DNA of 64,000 nucleotides from the NCBI RefSeq assembly GCF_964204865.1, contig NC_135253.1, forward strand, positions 13,764,001-13,828,000, given 5' to 3'. The notes below the pieces were generated by a model. It worked only from the letters and a program-made list of their open reading frames with translations, had not been told where the DNA came from and ran no database searches. Origin of the DNA: Styela clava. Its lineage: Eukaryota. Within the stretch, counting starts at the first letter, position 1, and every line of letters begins with the position of its first letter. Below, piece after piece: positions 14,383 to 26,895 of this stretch. The position numbers and the translations under genes are program-made.

Positions 14383-14790
14383 ATCAATTGTTGAAGATAC
14401 TGAAAGTCGAATCTTCTCGTTTTAACATTGCAATACATTTTATGCATGAAAAATATATATGGTATATATAATAAAAATATTTGGACAACTTCATATATGA
14501 GTCAGTGTTTGGTGTTACTTCATTTCGAGTCTCGATTTAGGTCGATTCTCTGAACTGGGTCTTGAATTCAATTTTATCAGCCTGTAGAGCGTAGGTAATG
14601 AGAAATCTTCTATATATAATAAAGATTATCGAAGCAAAGTCAATCATAATGCGCACACAGCCGTGGCCTAAACACCAGTATGGTTGTATAATATTCAACA
14701 GGAAGTTTGCTTCCAATTGCACGCTATCGGGTGTTGGTCGAGCGCGCAAAATCACCTTCTCGTTAAATTTTCTAGCTTTGACCTGTAGAG

Positions 14791-15985
14791 TAGGGTTGCC
14801 ATACCGTCCGGAAAATTTAGGGTTAAATTTTGCGTCCGGAAAGAATTTAAAAAAATGCTCTAATGTCCGGAATTTTACTGCATTTGCAATCGTACCGTGC
14901 ACACTGCTAATACTACGAGGTTGTGTGGAATTATGATGTAACAGAGCGTTCCTTATCAATGATGTTCACCACTTGGAACTTTCTGATTATTATTCGCTGA
15001 CTGTTTTACTCGTTTCGTTGTGCAGCTGCAAGTGTATTTGATAGCAGCTAGTTCCTTGTTAAATTAGCTAAATACAGAAGTTTTATACCACGAAGTTTTA
15101 CTTGTGGATTTTCTATTTGAATAGGAAGCAAGTCAGGAATTCGGGATCGAAAGTGCTAGTCCCTGGAGCTTTTTGGTTCAGTTAGTCTGGTGGTAAATTA
15201 CTTTGTTTTTTGAAGTACGCATTTTTATTTGGGTTGTATTTATTGTTAATAAAAAAAGATATTATTTTAAATGGCTAATTTTAAACGAAAGTACACATTC
15301 ACTAACGAGATGCGAGAAAAACATCCATGTTTTAGAAAAAGCAGGAATGATTATGGGGCAGAATGCTTGGTTTGCGAATCAGGAACCTATATATATATAT
15401 CTGTCGTGCACAATGGTAATGGTGATTTAAACACACATCTGCAATCAGAAAAACATCGCAAAGCAGTAAGAGTGGCTGTTGCATCAACGAAAATGACAAA
15501 TTATTTTGTTACAGCAGGAAGTAAATGCGAAGATGAAATCACTGCCGCAGAAGGCACGCTTGCATTTCACGCTGTTAATCATCATCATAGCTTTTTGTCC
15601 ATGGACTGTACATCTGATTTACTTGAAAATATTTTCCCTGATTCTAATGTAGCGAAGAAGTTTAGTAGTGACCGCACAAAGACAGAAAAAGTTGTTACTA
15701 GCGTACTTGCGCAATATTCTATTGATGCTGTTCTGAAAAGTTTTGAAGAAAACGATATCGCGTACTTTGGCGTTGCAACAGATGGCAGCAATCACAATGA
15801 ACTGAAATTACTATAATTATTCAATGTTTTGACTGGAGGAAAGGTGGCTTGCAATCAAAATTGATGAGTTTACAAACAAGGCAAACGAGACTGCCGACAC
15901 AATTTCCACTTATGTAAGAGACACCTTAGAAAAAATGATGCTTTTGAAAAAATGTGTGGCATTTACAGGAGACAACTGTAAATGC
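14791..15985 (+). mobile_element. hAT (Blackjack-like) transposon 5' fragment with disrupted transposase
   Basis: Left end TAGGGTTGCCA with repeated GTCCGGAA. ORF 15271-15816 has Zn finger C-x2-C...H-x5-H and YFGVATDGSNH (first catalytic D), then frameshifted CVAFTGDNC. Confidence 0.8.
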
Positions 15986-16163
15986 CTTATTGAAGAGAAT
16001 TAGATCTCCAGAAAAATATGCATGGTCAAAATAGTAAATTTGCAGTGACTTGACTTACAAGCGTGTATGTAATTTGTTTTAAGCTGTAATCACTGGGCTT
16101 ACTTTTTGGCACAACCTAATTCTCAATATTATTTTCCACTCTGAACTTGAGATTCATTTAGAG

Positions 16164-16961
16164 CAGTGGTCGGCAAACTTTATGTACTTGCGGGCCAAAT
16201 ATACACATTTCCGGTAGCGCGCGGGCCGCAATAATTCCACTTTCGAACAATCATTACATTAAACTCCCAATTATGGCGCATTCGCACCTTCTATTGCTGT
16301 GTTAAAAGTCCGCCACAATGAGATGTGTATGTGGCGTTTTTTCGAAATATTATCTGACAATACATTGTTTTTATTTACCTATTATCAATGTGACGGATGA
16401 TGTTTTTATGGCAACTTGCCCGCGGTACGTCGTCCAAATGACTAGTATAAAATTTATTGTAAGTGTAATGCATTTTAGATTAAGCTGCTGACAGCAATAT
16501 GAGCTTCTGAACGTGCAGAATACACGTTTTGCACTGTCGCACAAATGAGCTGTGGCTTAGTCTCGGGTATCGGGGTCGAATTTTCGATGAGACGTTTCGT
16601 AACGAGTAGAACATTAAATACCTTAAATATTTGCGATGCTGACCGGACATATGAAGCTGGTTTTGGAATGCGCGAGAAAGAAAAATATATTTGCGTCCAA
16701 GCACTTTGGAATCGTCGCGAACCCTCCGTTTCCAAGACAATTTTAATATCAAAATTAACCCGAACGGCATAGAACTGACGCTACTCATTTCAAAACAAGC
16801 GTCGTACAGCAGCACTTGTTATCACATAAATCTGTGTGTGGACAATAATAAATTAAGGATCAATTTTTGTTATATGTATTAAATGTCGGGTCTATCGAGG
16901 GCCGCAATAAATTAGCTCGCCGGCCGCATTCGGCCCGCGGGCCGCAGTTTGCCGACCCCTG
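16164..16961. mobile_element. hAT (Charlie-like) MITE
   Basis: TIR CAGTGGTCGGCAAAC / GTTTGCCGACCCCTG; perfect 8-bp TSD ATTTAGAG. Confidence 0.9.
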
Positions 16962-17071
16962 ATTTAGAGCTATATTTAGAGAGTGCCCGCCTGGCGCGTT
17001 GGAATGAGTATCGTACAGCGTTTGCAGCCTTAGAATTTCGGTAGCGCATATATATGGTCTCGTGAAAATAT

Positions 17072-17162
17072 GGAGCTCCGGAAGTATGTGCACCAAGATG
17101 GCGCACAACCTGAACATAGTATAGGTTGTGCGCCATCTTGGTGCACATACCTCGGGAGCGCC
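17072..17162. mobile_element. Minimal (91 bp) hairpin Merlin-type MITE
   Basis: Near-perfect palindrome GGAGCTCCGGAAGTATGTGCACCAAGATGGCGCACAACC...; TSD GAAAATA(T/C). Confidence 0.75.
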
Positions 17163-18630
17163 GAAAATACTCATGCACTGCCCGGAATTTTGCTTCTTCA
17201 AATATGGTAACCCTATTGTAGAGTCAAATATTGTGCGAAATAGGTGAACAAATGTCACTGAAAAACGTTTTTCATTTTTGTAGACTTTGCGTAATATCAA
17301 GTCTTTGATCATTTTTGTTAAGTTTCGATCAGTGTCGCAAAAAAGTGGTAGCAAGGAGGAATCCAAAACCACTGCAGTATTCTGAGTCCTATGCTGGCCA
17401 AATCCAGGCCATTTCGACAAAACTTCCATCGCCATCCGCTATCGACTCCTAATAGCCTATATATTAATAGCTGATAAAACCATTTGACATCAAAATTGTG
17501 TTATACATTGTGTTAGCCGGCAATAGCTGTTGAAGCCAAATGAGTTGTCCTTTCCGTTGTAGTCAAATATAAAATATCTTACTATTTGCTATAATTAATT
17601 CATTTATGAATCGGTCTGATTTCATAAACACAATTTTTTGAAGCTAATAAAGGAATCGTGAGCTTAAGCTGAAATATTTGAACGTTTCGATGTTGATATA
17701 TCTTAGTTCTATCCTAATTATATATATAAAAGAACTTGTCAGAACCCTCGTCACAAAGAAGCAATATTTTTGTCCACTGTGCTCGTGTATAGGCCAACGC
17801 TATTTTTCTACAAAAGAGATGCTGCAATGCTTCAACCATTCAAACGATACAGTATGGATACACTGTTATTTATAACCTCCTGAAAGATGCTGAAAGCTAT
17901 TTGACTGATTGCTTTATATCAGAATTAGGACATACTTTACTGCTCTACGTGAATAATTTGTTTTGGCTTGAGCGATTATTTTTGAACTCGAGTCTCTTTT
18001 AGCCGTTGAGACGTAAGCGCGTTTACAGCTTTGCTCTAAAAAACTAATTTCCAGAAACTATTTGCTCCAGTCAAGTACACTAACCAACACATGTGTTTAT
18101 CAAAATCTTCCATTTTTTTTTTATCCAACTCCAACTTAGTATATAATGAAATATTAAGTACAAATGTAATGTGAGCATGAAATCGGACGAGCAACCTTGA
18201 TCAAAAGATTTTATGTGATTTATCAGTAATTTCTATGAATGACAATGTGAAGAAGGTCTGTCATTATGTGGAAAAATAAGCACATATACTGTATTTTCAT
18301 TTACTTGGCACTTAGTACAACTACATTGAAAAAAAAATCGTTTTTTTCAATTTAGCACAGAGACACTGTAATGTTATTGAAGGGTGTCCGACATCACATA
18401 ATATTGGAGAATCATATTACTTCGATCGTGTCATGGATTCAGCAACAGCATTTTTTTCAATTTTATCGACATTGCCACGCAGACAAAGTTAGCTTACTAT
18501 CAATCCAGCATGCCCAATTCATACATGTATGATGGCAATATGATCTGTAGGATATAGTTGTTCCGCGATAAAACGAATATAATTTTACAACACTAAATTT
18601 TGTGAAAAATTTTTTTTAAGAGGAAATGAT

Positions 18631-18656
18631 TTCCGGAAACTATTTTTTATAAAAAG
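18631..18656 (+). promoter_or_regulatory. Putative core promoter of peptide gene 2
   Basis: TTCCGGAA at 18631-18638 and TATAAAA at 18648, about 50 bp upstream of the ATG. Confidence 0.45.
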
Positions 18657-18701
18657 AAAACACATGAAGTTCTTTATACAGTTCCTGATGTGAGAGTCAA
18701 C

Positions 18702-20449
18702 ATGAATCTGAAAACATCTATCTTTATTTTGTTCATCACATTCCTTGTTTGTGACATCGGAGGTGCTATTCGTGGCTCAAAGAGACGACGAAGTTACGTT
18801 GCCGCCAGAGCCCTACTAAAACTACGTCGTATTGGAATAAATCTGCGTGCAACTGGTAGTAAGATCCTTCGTCTTTACTCTCTGTACAGGTATGGCTTAC
18901 ATTAAAATATTTGTCCGCGGCTGTTGAGTGTATTACGCGAGTTATAAAAAGTAAGATTCCATGCTAGTATAATTTATCAGAATGTACAGGTATGGCCTAA
19001 ATTAAAATCTTTTTCCACGGCTGTTAATTAAGTGTATTACACAAGCTTGTCTATGGGAAACGTACCATGGGATGAGACGGGACAGCACACATTTGTATTT
19101 CCCATGGGAGACGTGGGACACGAAAACCGTATGATTTTCGAGAAAATGCTGATAAAACAATTTGTCATGGACTTCGTGTCCATATATTTGAGCATAGCTC
19201 TCTTGTTAGTTATAAAGAGCAAAATATATTCAGCATTGACAGCATTAACAATATACTTCGTGAAGGGGATGATGGACACATGTATAATAGTAGTAATTTA
19301 GTATATATACAATATATATAATAGTAGTAATATAGTAATTTAGTAGACGCTAAACCTGAATTTAGTAATTTTTATTGAATTTTATACCAATTGGGATCCC
19401 ATGGGATGGGGTGGGACAGGCATAATTGCTATGGGATGGGAATGAGACAAGAAAATATGTCCTGTGGACAAGCCTGGTATTACATGAGTAAAAAACTCAA
19501 GACTTTACGCAAGTATAATTTATCAGAATGATTTGAAGATTCACAAAGGGTTCAAAATTTCTCGGAATACTGTGAATCTAAAAAACAAACTCTTCAGACA
19601 AAAGCAAGCAGACCGGTCACATAAAGTCGTGGTCCATCGGGGATATTGGCTTTAAAATAAAACACCATTATAACTGACATGCATTTATTCACAGCAATCT
19701 CTTCAACTTTGCTCGAAGCTGAGTCAGCAGCTCCCCATCTATACTGAACCCCTCATACCGGCAGTTATATTGAAGGGAACAAGCGTTCATTTATACACAA
19801 TTTATGAAAACCCAACAAATGATTTAAATATTTCTGTTCCAGGCGTTTTGTTCTACGGACAAGAAAAAGGGGTGACACCGATGATATTGACGATATCAAC
19901 GATGTCAACCCATCAGAAGTAAGTATACCCTAACTAGTATAAGCAGTTGTATTGAAAAGTATAGCTTGAACCCGGATTCTACTTATAACATACACATTTT
20001 TAATGCTATAAAGACTAAGCCTTTGGTGAATATCACAACTCGCGATCGCGCTACAGCATACTAATATAAAAACGATTATCTTTAGGATGAATCCGAATCT
20101 CTCGAGAAGTTCGAAGAAATGCCGGGTATGAAGTTTTCTTATTATCTTATCATCTAGAATTCTAGAACGACTGTGAAATGAACAATTTTGAACGCTTCAG
20201 TGGGTAGAAATGTATAAATTGAATATGGGTAGGGTATATCACCGGGTATAGCAGTACTTACAACATAGCCTATAGATTCTATGTATCACGCTGGAGATTG
20301 TCAAACACCATTTACAAAAAGAGCTCTGGAACGATATAATTAAAATTAATTAGTACTATATAAAAAAAAAAACTTTATCGGCTTGACAGATATTATAAAC
20401 AAGGTCTCACATACTATTTTTGATTTCAAATATGCTAGAAGAGGAATGA
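18702..20449 (+). CDS. Secreted Arg/Lys-rich cationic peptide precursor with acidic propiece (~104 aa); paralog of the 13210 gene
   Basis: Exons 18702-18889, 19843-19918, 20086-20125, 20439-20449, with the same intron phases 2,0,1. Protein: MNLKTSIFILFITFLVCDIGG|AIRGSKRRRSYVAARALLKLRRIGINLRATGSKILRLYSLYRRFVLRTRKR|G|DTDDIDDINDVNPSEDESESLEKFEEMPEEE. Last exon less certain. Confidence 0.8.
19042..19476. mobile_element. hAT-type MITE in intron 1 of peptide gene 2
   Basis: TIR CAAGCTTGTCTATGGGA / TCCTGTGGACAAGCCTG; 8-bp TSD GTATTACA; subterminal ATGGG repeats. Confidence 0.85.
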
Positions 20450-21148
20450 AGTTACAAATCCTGAAGAGAACCAGAGTTATAAGAAGAAGAAAATATTTAA
20501 TTGGAAAACTCTGCATATTTATTATTTAACTCTGATTCTCAAAATATAATTGCAATGAAGTCAAAATCGATTTAAATATCAATATAAATTTTGATGGATA
20601 GTAAGATGTCAGTTTTAGCCTAATCTTGATATGACTTTCACGTTTGCAGACAATAGAATTATTGAAAAGGCAAGATTCCGTAAAATTGTTAGATATATGT
20701 GATTGCAGAGATTTAGCAGCTGAATAAAAACTAAGTTTGTCAATGTTTTTAGGACTTTGCAACCATCTTAGATTTTTGTATTCCATTCCATTCCAACCAT
20801 TCCAACAAAAACGATTAGATTTGTGCGTCCATTACACAAAAAACTGTTAAAAGGTTTTAATCGAAATTCCCTAACAGAACATGAATACGATTAATACTGC
20901 TAGCGAAATGAGATTTTAAAACGAGTGATTTCTGCCAATTCATCAAACCACGACCACAAAGGATGTTTCTATGATTAGGTCACGAGATGTCGGATTAGTT
21001 TGAAGTGACTAATAGTAATTGTGGATTTTATCGATATTTCAACACAAACCCAACAAATAGATTGTCCAACCATACATGCATAGACAGTTACTTGCGATGC
21101 CATATATTTATACGGTTTATAGCTAACTGGGGCAATAGCACATTTTAC

Positions 21149-21356
21149 GGCGCTCCAAAAGTATATGTACAAATATGGAGGTAACTAATTTTGTTCGCCT
21201 ACTTTACATCAAGTTGTGTAAAGGGACTGAAACATATGGGCTATATTCACTTGGCTAAAACAGACAGTCCCCGAACTCGTAATAGAACTGAAATAGGTAA
21301 AATCGGACAAAAATGATGGCCTAACCCTAACCTGGTACACATACTACGGGAGTACC
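21149..21356. mobile_element. Degenerate Merlin-type MITE
   Basis: GGCGCTCC...CCTAACCCTAACCTGGTACACATACTACGGGAGTACC; imperfect TSD. Confidence 0.6.
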
Positions 21357-23054
21357 CAATTTTCGACTTCTTGGGAAATAAAGAAAACACAGTTTATTTG
21401 AGAAATGTTCAATACTGTGAGCAGAGTTTTAACGTCGACGATGCTGCCGAAGGCGTCGCAGAAATGGAATTATAAACGGTGTTATATAAATAGTTTTGCG
21501 ATATTTAATATACGCCTGTTCTATCCCAATCAACTGAATTTCCATGATAGAAACAATATAGAATAAAGCAGAATACATTCTATTTAAAATTATTAAATTT
21601 CTGGAATGCTAGATATATTTACTGTTTTAACATCGACTGTTGAAGACTTTTCATTTCTTCTGGAACATCAATCAAGTGACATTACATTCTCCATCACTCA
21701 ATATCTAAGCAACAACAGTGATCACCAAATCATTGAAAATGAAGAACAAATCTATCTGTAAGTGGACACAATGCACAAATAATAGGAAATTAAGTTTGGG
21801 GCATAAAATGCCTAATCAACAAACGATCAAAATATGATATGATGTCCCGCAATATAATTCGTGTCAAATTTGTTCCGTCGACTAGCAGATTGGACCAAAA
21901 ATATTCATTGTACTTATAGTTGCGTGATACTGTAATAATTCTAATCAATTAAGTCTAGAATTTATCAGTCAGTTGCACCAGTCATACATGAATTTCTGTT
22001 AAAGAAATTTTGAGAATGTTGCTCTGTTTGGCGAATTTTTTAGCCTCGAAGATTCATTTACCTGATCCACATATATTTCTAGGATGTGACTTTTGCACAA
22101 AACGAACTTTCACTGGCTTTCAATTCTAATCCCAATTCCTAACTAAACAAACGCTTTCCCTTTTTGTTCAAAAGTTTAATCCCTGTCATAACCGATTATG
22201 CTTCTCTTTCACTGCGTTTCAAAGCCCCGGTACGATGCAAACCCACTGTAATACCGTGTGTGTATACAGCAACTACAATGGTTTAAGACTTACATAAGAG
22301 AACTTTCTGGGTTGCTGCTCTTTAGAGAAATTTTCGTTTTGTGGCGTTGTCAGCAGATATGGCGAATGTTGTATGTCTCAGGCTTAGAACTCTGAACCAG
22401 TCTTTAGACAATTTTCTGATTGAAGAGTAACTGGAGGTAGAAGATGAAAATGCATTTTACCAAATAATTTACTTGTATCTTTAGAACGCACAAAATTTTA
22501 CTTACTCATATGTCCGAGATCAACAAAAATCGGCAGGAAATATTTGTTCTGTCAAGTACCGCAAATTAAATTCATTTTTATTTTGGCTTTCGATTTCCAC
22601 CTGCTTTCAACAGTTATACAAATTCCTCACGTTACGTCATATATTTTCCAACGTTCTATTCTAGTACCTATAGCAGTAATTGTAGAGAAAAATAGTAAAA
22701 AAATCAAAATGGGTGAAATATAAAATAATACCATATATTTGCGTAATGAAATGCAGTGCTGGGCACCCATTATGCGTAAGAAAGGGTCACATAAAACATC
22801 TCACATAGAAAAAAAACATGTACATGACAAATCATGTACAGACACAATTAACTCTAGTGAGAGTTTTGCTGCTGTTTCGTCTCCAATATAGGATTGCAGA
22901 CGAGGCCTCAAAGAAGATTGCACAAAACGTAGCTCTGCAGCGGCGTGTAATCAAAGCTATAGTGATGAAAATGTTTTTTCGCATAACGCACAAGTAACTG
23001 GTTGAAAATACGGACAATTGTTTGATTGCTCGATTACCTAGCGATGGGTACCAG

Positions 23055-25898
23055 TATAGCAACTAACCCCCAAATGTACCCCATTTCATGTTAAAAATAT
23101 GAAAACAAAGTTAATTTTCCCCAAAATTCGAACAAAGACTTTCGTAGGAATCAAATTACACCAGGTTTAAGAACATAACAGGTTCCATCCAGTCATTATC
23201 AAATTAAAATCTATATTCTCAAGACCTTTGGCACTGATTGAAATAATTATATGTGAGTTCCCATCCGTACGATGTACCTAATTACCCTTGTTGAGATAAT
23301 AGGAATTTCTGTTTATAACGTGAATCACGAGCTCACGTTTACAGCACTTAATTGGATTTATGATCAACGTATAAATACGACTCCGATATCTTTCGATAGG
23401 GAGAAGGAAGATGATGTAAACCATTCTAAGCTAGTTTGGATAAATGTTATAAGATTTATATTCTGTGTATCGTGGAAATCTGAGAATAAAATCAAACAGA
23501 GTTTTCTCAATATATATGCTATAAATGATTAATTAATATAGCAACTAACCCCCAAATGTACCCCATTTCATGTTAAAAATATGAAAACAAAGTTAATTTT
23601 CCCCAAAATTCGAACAAAGACTTTCGTAGGAATCAAATTACACCAGGTTTAAGAACATAACAGGTTCCATCCAGTCATTATCAAATTAAAATCTATATTC
23701 TCAAGACCTTTGGCACTGATTGAAATAATTATATGTGAGTTCCCATCCGTACGATGTACCTAATTACCCTTGTTGAGATAATAGGAATTTCTGTTTATAA
23801 CGTGAATCACGAGCTCACGTTTACAGCATTTAATTGGATTTATGATCAACGTATAAATACGACTCCGATATCTTTCGATAGGGAGAAGGAAGATGATGTA
23901 AACCATTCTAAGCTAGTCTGGATAAATGTTTTAAGATTAGTATTCTGTGTGTTGTGGAAATTTACGAATAAAAACATATAGAGATTTTTAACGCATCTTC
24001 ATTCACGTGGGCGTTGAAGCTGAAGGGTGAACGGGTAACTTGCAAGTCAGAGACAATCTACGAAATAGCAATATACGGTAACATCACATTCATCTAACAA
24101 TCATTTATGCTATAAATGGTGACAAAGCCGACTTGAATTAATCTTCTGAAACGGACCAGATCAACGGACAATAATCAGGACAAGCAACAATTGGACGGAA
24201 TCAACCAAAAAGCTGACCAAGCGAAAGCTTTCAACAATTGCCGAGAAACAGTCTCTACAATACGTGCGAAAATCAAATTCGACCAATTTACGAACGTCGG
24301 GGAGATTCAAATTGCCTGGAACAACGATTGGAGTAGCAAATTGCTGACAAGCCGAAATATTCAAAAACATTATGAAAAGACAATAATCTCAATTGAAAAC
24401 AGTTGAACTATGGTAACGGACTCTGGAAACGTTAAAATCATGAATATGGACTGTATTGAACATCGATCGAAATGAACTCTTTTAGAACATGATATATGTT
24501 CGAGGTGAAAAACCTAATCAAAAACGAACTGTTGAAAACAATGAACTATATACATGGACTGTTTTACTGTAAATTACGCGCTCTATTCCGAACAATAGAG
24601 AAATTGTCGCGCTTACCTATTCAGGAGCATGTAATTCTACAATTTGTTTCATGATTTGCAGGTTTTTCTCCTCATTGAGACAGACATTTTTCATTCTTCC
24701 ACTATTACTAAGGTAAAGTACTTCTTTTTCTTCTTATATATATATACATGGCGTTTCATTCGGCTTTCAATTTTTATAAATTATTTAATGGTAACAACTT
24801 TGAATATTCTAATTTCAAATACCTTTAAAGAGATTTATATTATTGAATATTTGTGGTTAGAATTTCCTTTCGATTAAATAGATTTCGTTGGAATTAAAAT
24901 GCTCTCTAAAAGTAGATTCGAGCGAGTCATACTTTTAATTATTTACAAAGCCGTCATATAGAACGGTGAAATAATAAGCTCGTTAAACAAAAATTGTATC
25001 CAAAAGCGTTATTTTTTCAAAAAAGCCCTGAGATGGCGTAAACTTAAAAATACGTTTTTTCATCCCGACATGGGACAAGCATATATTGACCAACTAGGTC
25101 TACAAAATCGTAACAATGCGATAAAGCGAGTATAAGTATTTTAACTTAGCGAAATACATTAAATTGAAAATATGTTTTAACCGTCCAAACCAAAATTTTT
25201 CAAATAAAAATACGCCATCCTTCTGTAATTCTACTTTACAACCTTTACCCTTTCTATAAATTCTTCTTTACTTCAATGTCTTGTCTCATTGTAGATCATA
25301 TACATTTAAATATTTTTTTTTTGACCTATATCATTAATTTTAGCATTGTGTATTGTATTTTTCTATATATTTTCAATTTATTAGAGGTGCCAAATCTTTA
25401 AACTTCCAGTTAGTAAGATGGGGAGATAATATAGCAACTAACCCCCAAATGTACCCCATTTCATGTTAAAAATATGAAAACAAAGTTAATTTTCCCCAAA
25501 ATTCGAACAAAGACTTTCGTAGGAATCAAATTACACCAGGTTTAAGAACATAACAGGTTCCATCCAGTCATTATCAAATTAAAATCTATATTCTCAAGAC
25601 CTTTGGCACTGATTGAAATAATTATATGTGAGTTCCCATCCGTACGATGTACCTAATTACCCTTGTTGAGATAATAGGAATTTCTGTTTATAACGTGAAT
25701 CACGAGCTCACGTTTACAGCATTTAATTGGATTTATGATCAACGTATAAATACGACTCCGATATCTTTCGATAGGGAGAAGGAAGATGATGTAAACCATT
25801 CTAAGCTAGTCTGGATAAATGTTATAAGATTTATATTCTGTGTATCGTGGAAATCTGAGAATAAAATCAAACAGAGTTTTCTCAATATATATGCTATA
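23055..25898 (+). mobile_element. Non-autonomous LTR retroelement with three LTRs
   Basis: LTRs 23055-23523, 23537-24114 and 25430-25898, each TATAGCA...TGCTATA; PBS-like TGGTGAC at 24117; PPT AAGATGGGGAGA just before 25430; 4-bp TSD CCAG. Confidence 0.85.
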
Positions 25899-26895
25899 CC
25901 AGTATTCGTTATCAAGAAATATCCAAAATTGTGATAGTAATTCTATTTTAAATCTGGACTGTAAAGTAGAATCACAATTTCAATCAAGTTTTTTCTTTTT
26001 CATCGGGTACATCATATTAATCCCTCTGCAGATTATAGACGCCTCAAACGAAATGAATTTACATTACAAGGTCGTCGGTGGTAACTTGGCACCAGGCTCG
26101 AAACCCTATCGTGCATGCTCAAAATACTGGAAAAGATCTCTCCGGCCCATGCTTTTCGCGCGTCTCGTGACCACCTGCAGGGTTGCAACAGGTTCATATC
26201 TTATTGGAATATTATACTGTTCTTGGCTGTTTTCTGGTTTAAACAAAGAAATATACTCACATCACGTTTCATATGGATGGTCATATTAATCAGGAAAAGC
26301 ATGCAGAACTGAAAAATCACGCGCGCTGATTTTGAGGTTTCTAAATCTTGCGAGATTAGATGGAGAGAAATCGCGATGAATCGGAGGCGAAAAAGCGAAA
26401 AGTGTCATTACTCGGCGCCAAGTTGTCGCGAAAGACGTCGTAATATGACGGCGGAAGAGAAATTGCGTAATAAACCAACGCAACCTAGTCTCCAGTAAAG
26501 CGATTGAGACGGCATAAAAACAACGAAATTTCTCGCGAACCGACAAAAAAGTTTCGCGGACTGGCGGTTGGGAACCACCTTCTGAAGTATATAAATATTA
26601 TATGACTTCTATACCCCCACATGCAATTTACGCGATTTTTCCCCATCTAGGCTAGATTTTATTAAATCGTAACGTTTGTTCAAACAACATATTTCAAAAT
26701 AATTAACTCCATTTTTCCAAACGACTTGGGCGATAATTTTGTTTTTAGCAAGATCTATAGATTCTAGGGCATCTAATTCTTAATGAAGTAACACTGTGAA
26801 ATTTTTTTGAACTCTTTTATACAGAAATATCCAATTGAAGTCTTTTTCACTTTAGACAAACATATATGTAGCGACCCTGCACATACCCACATACA

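Noticed and set aside
23272-25934. Three near-identical ORFs MYLITLVEIIGISV...
   Set aside because: They lie inside the LTR copies; repeat-derived, with no protein evidence.
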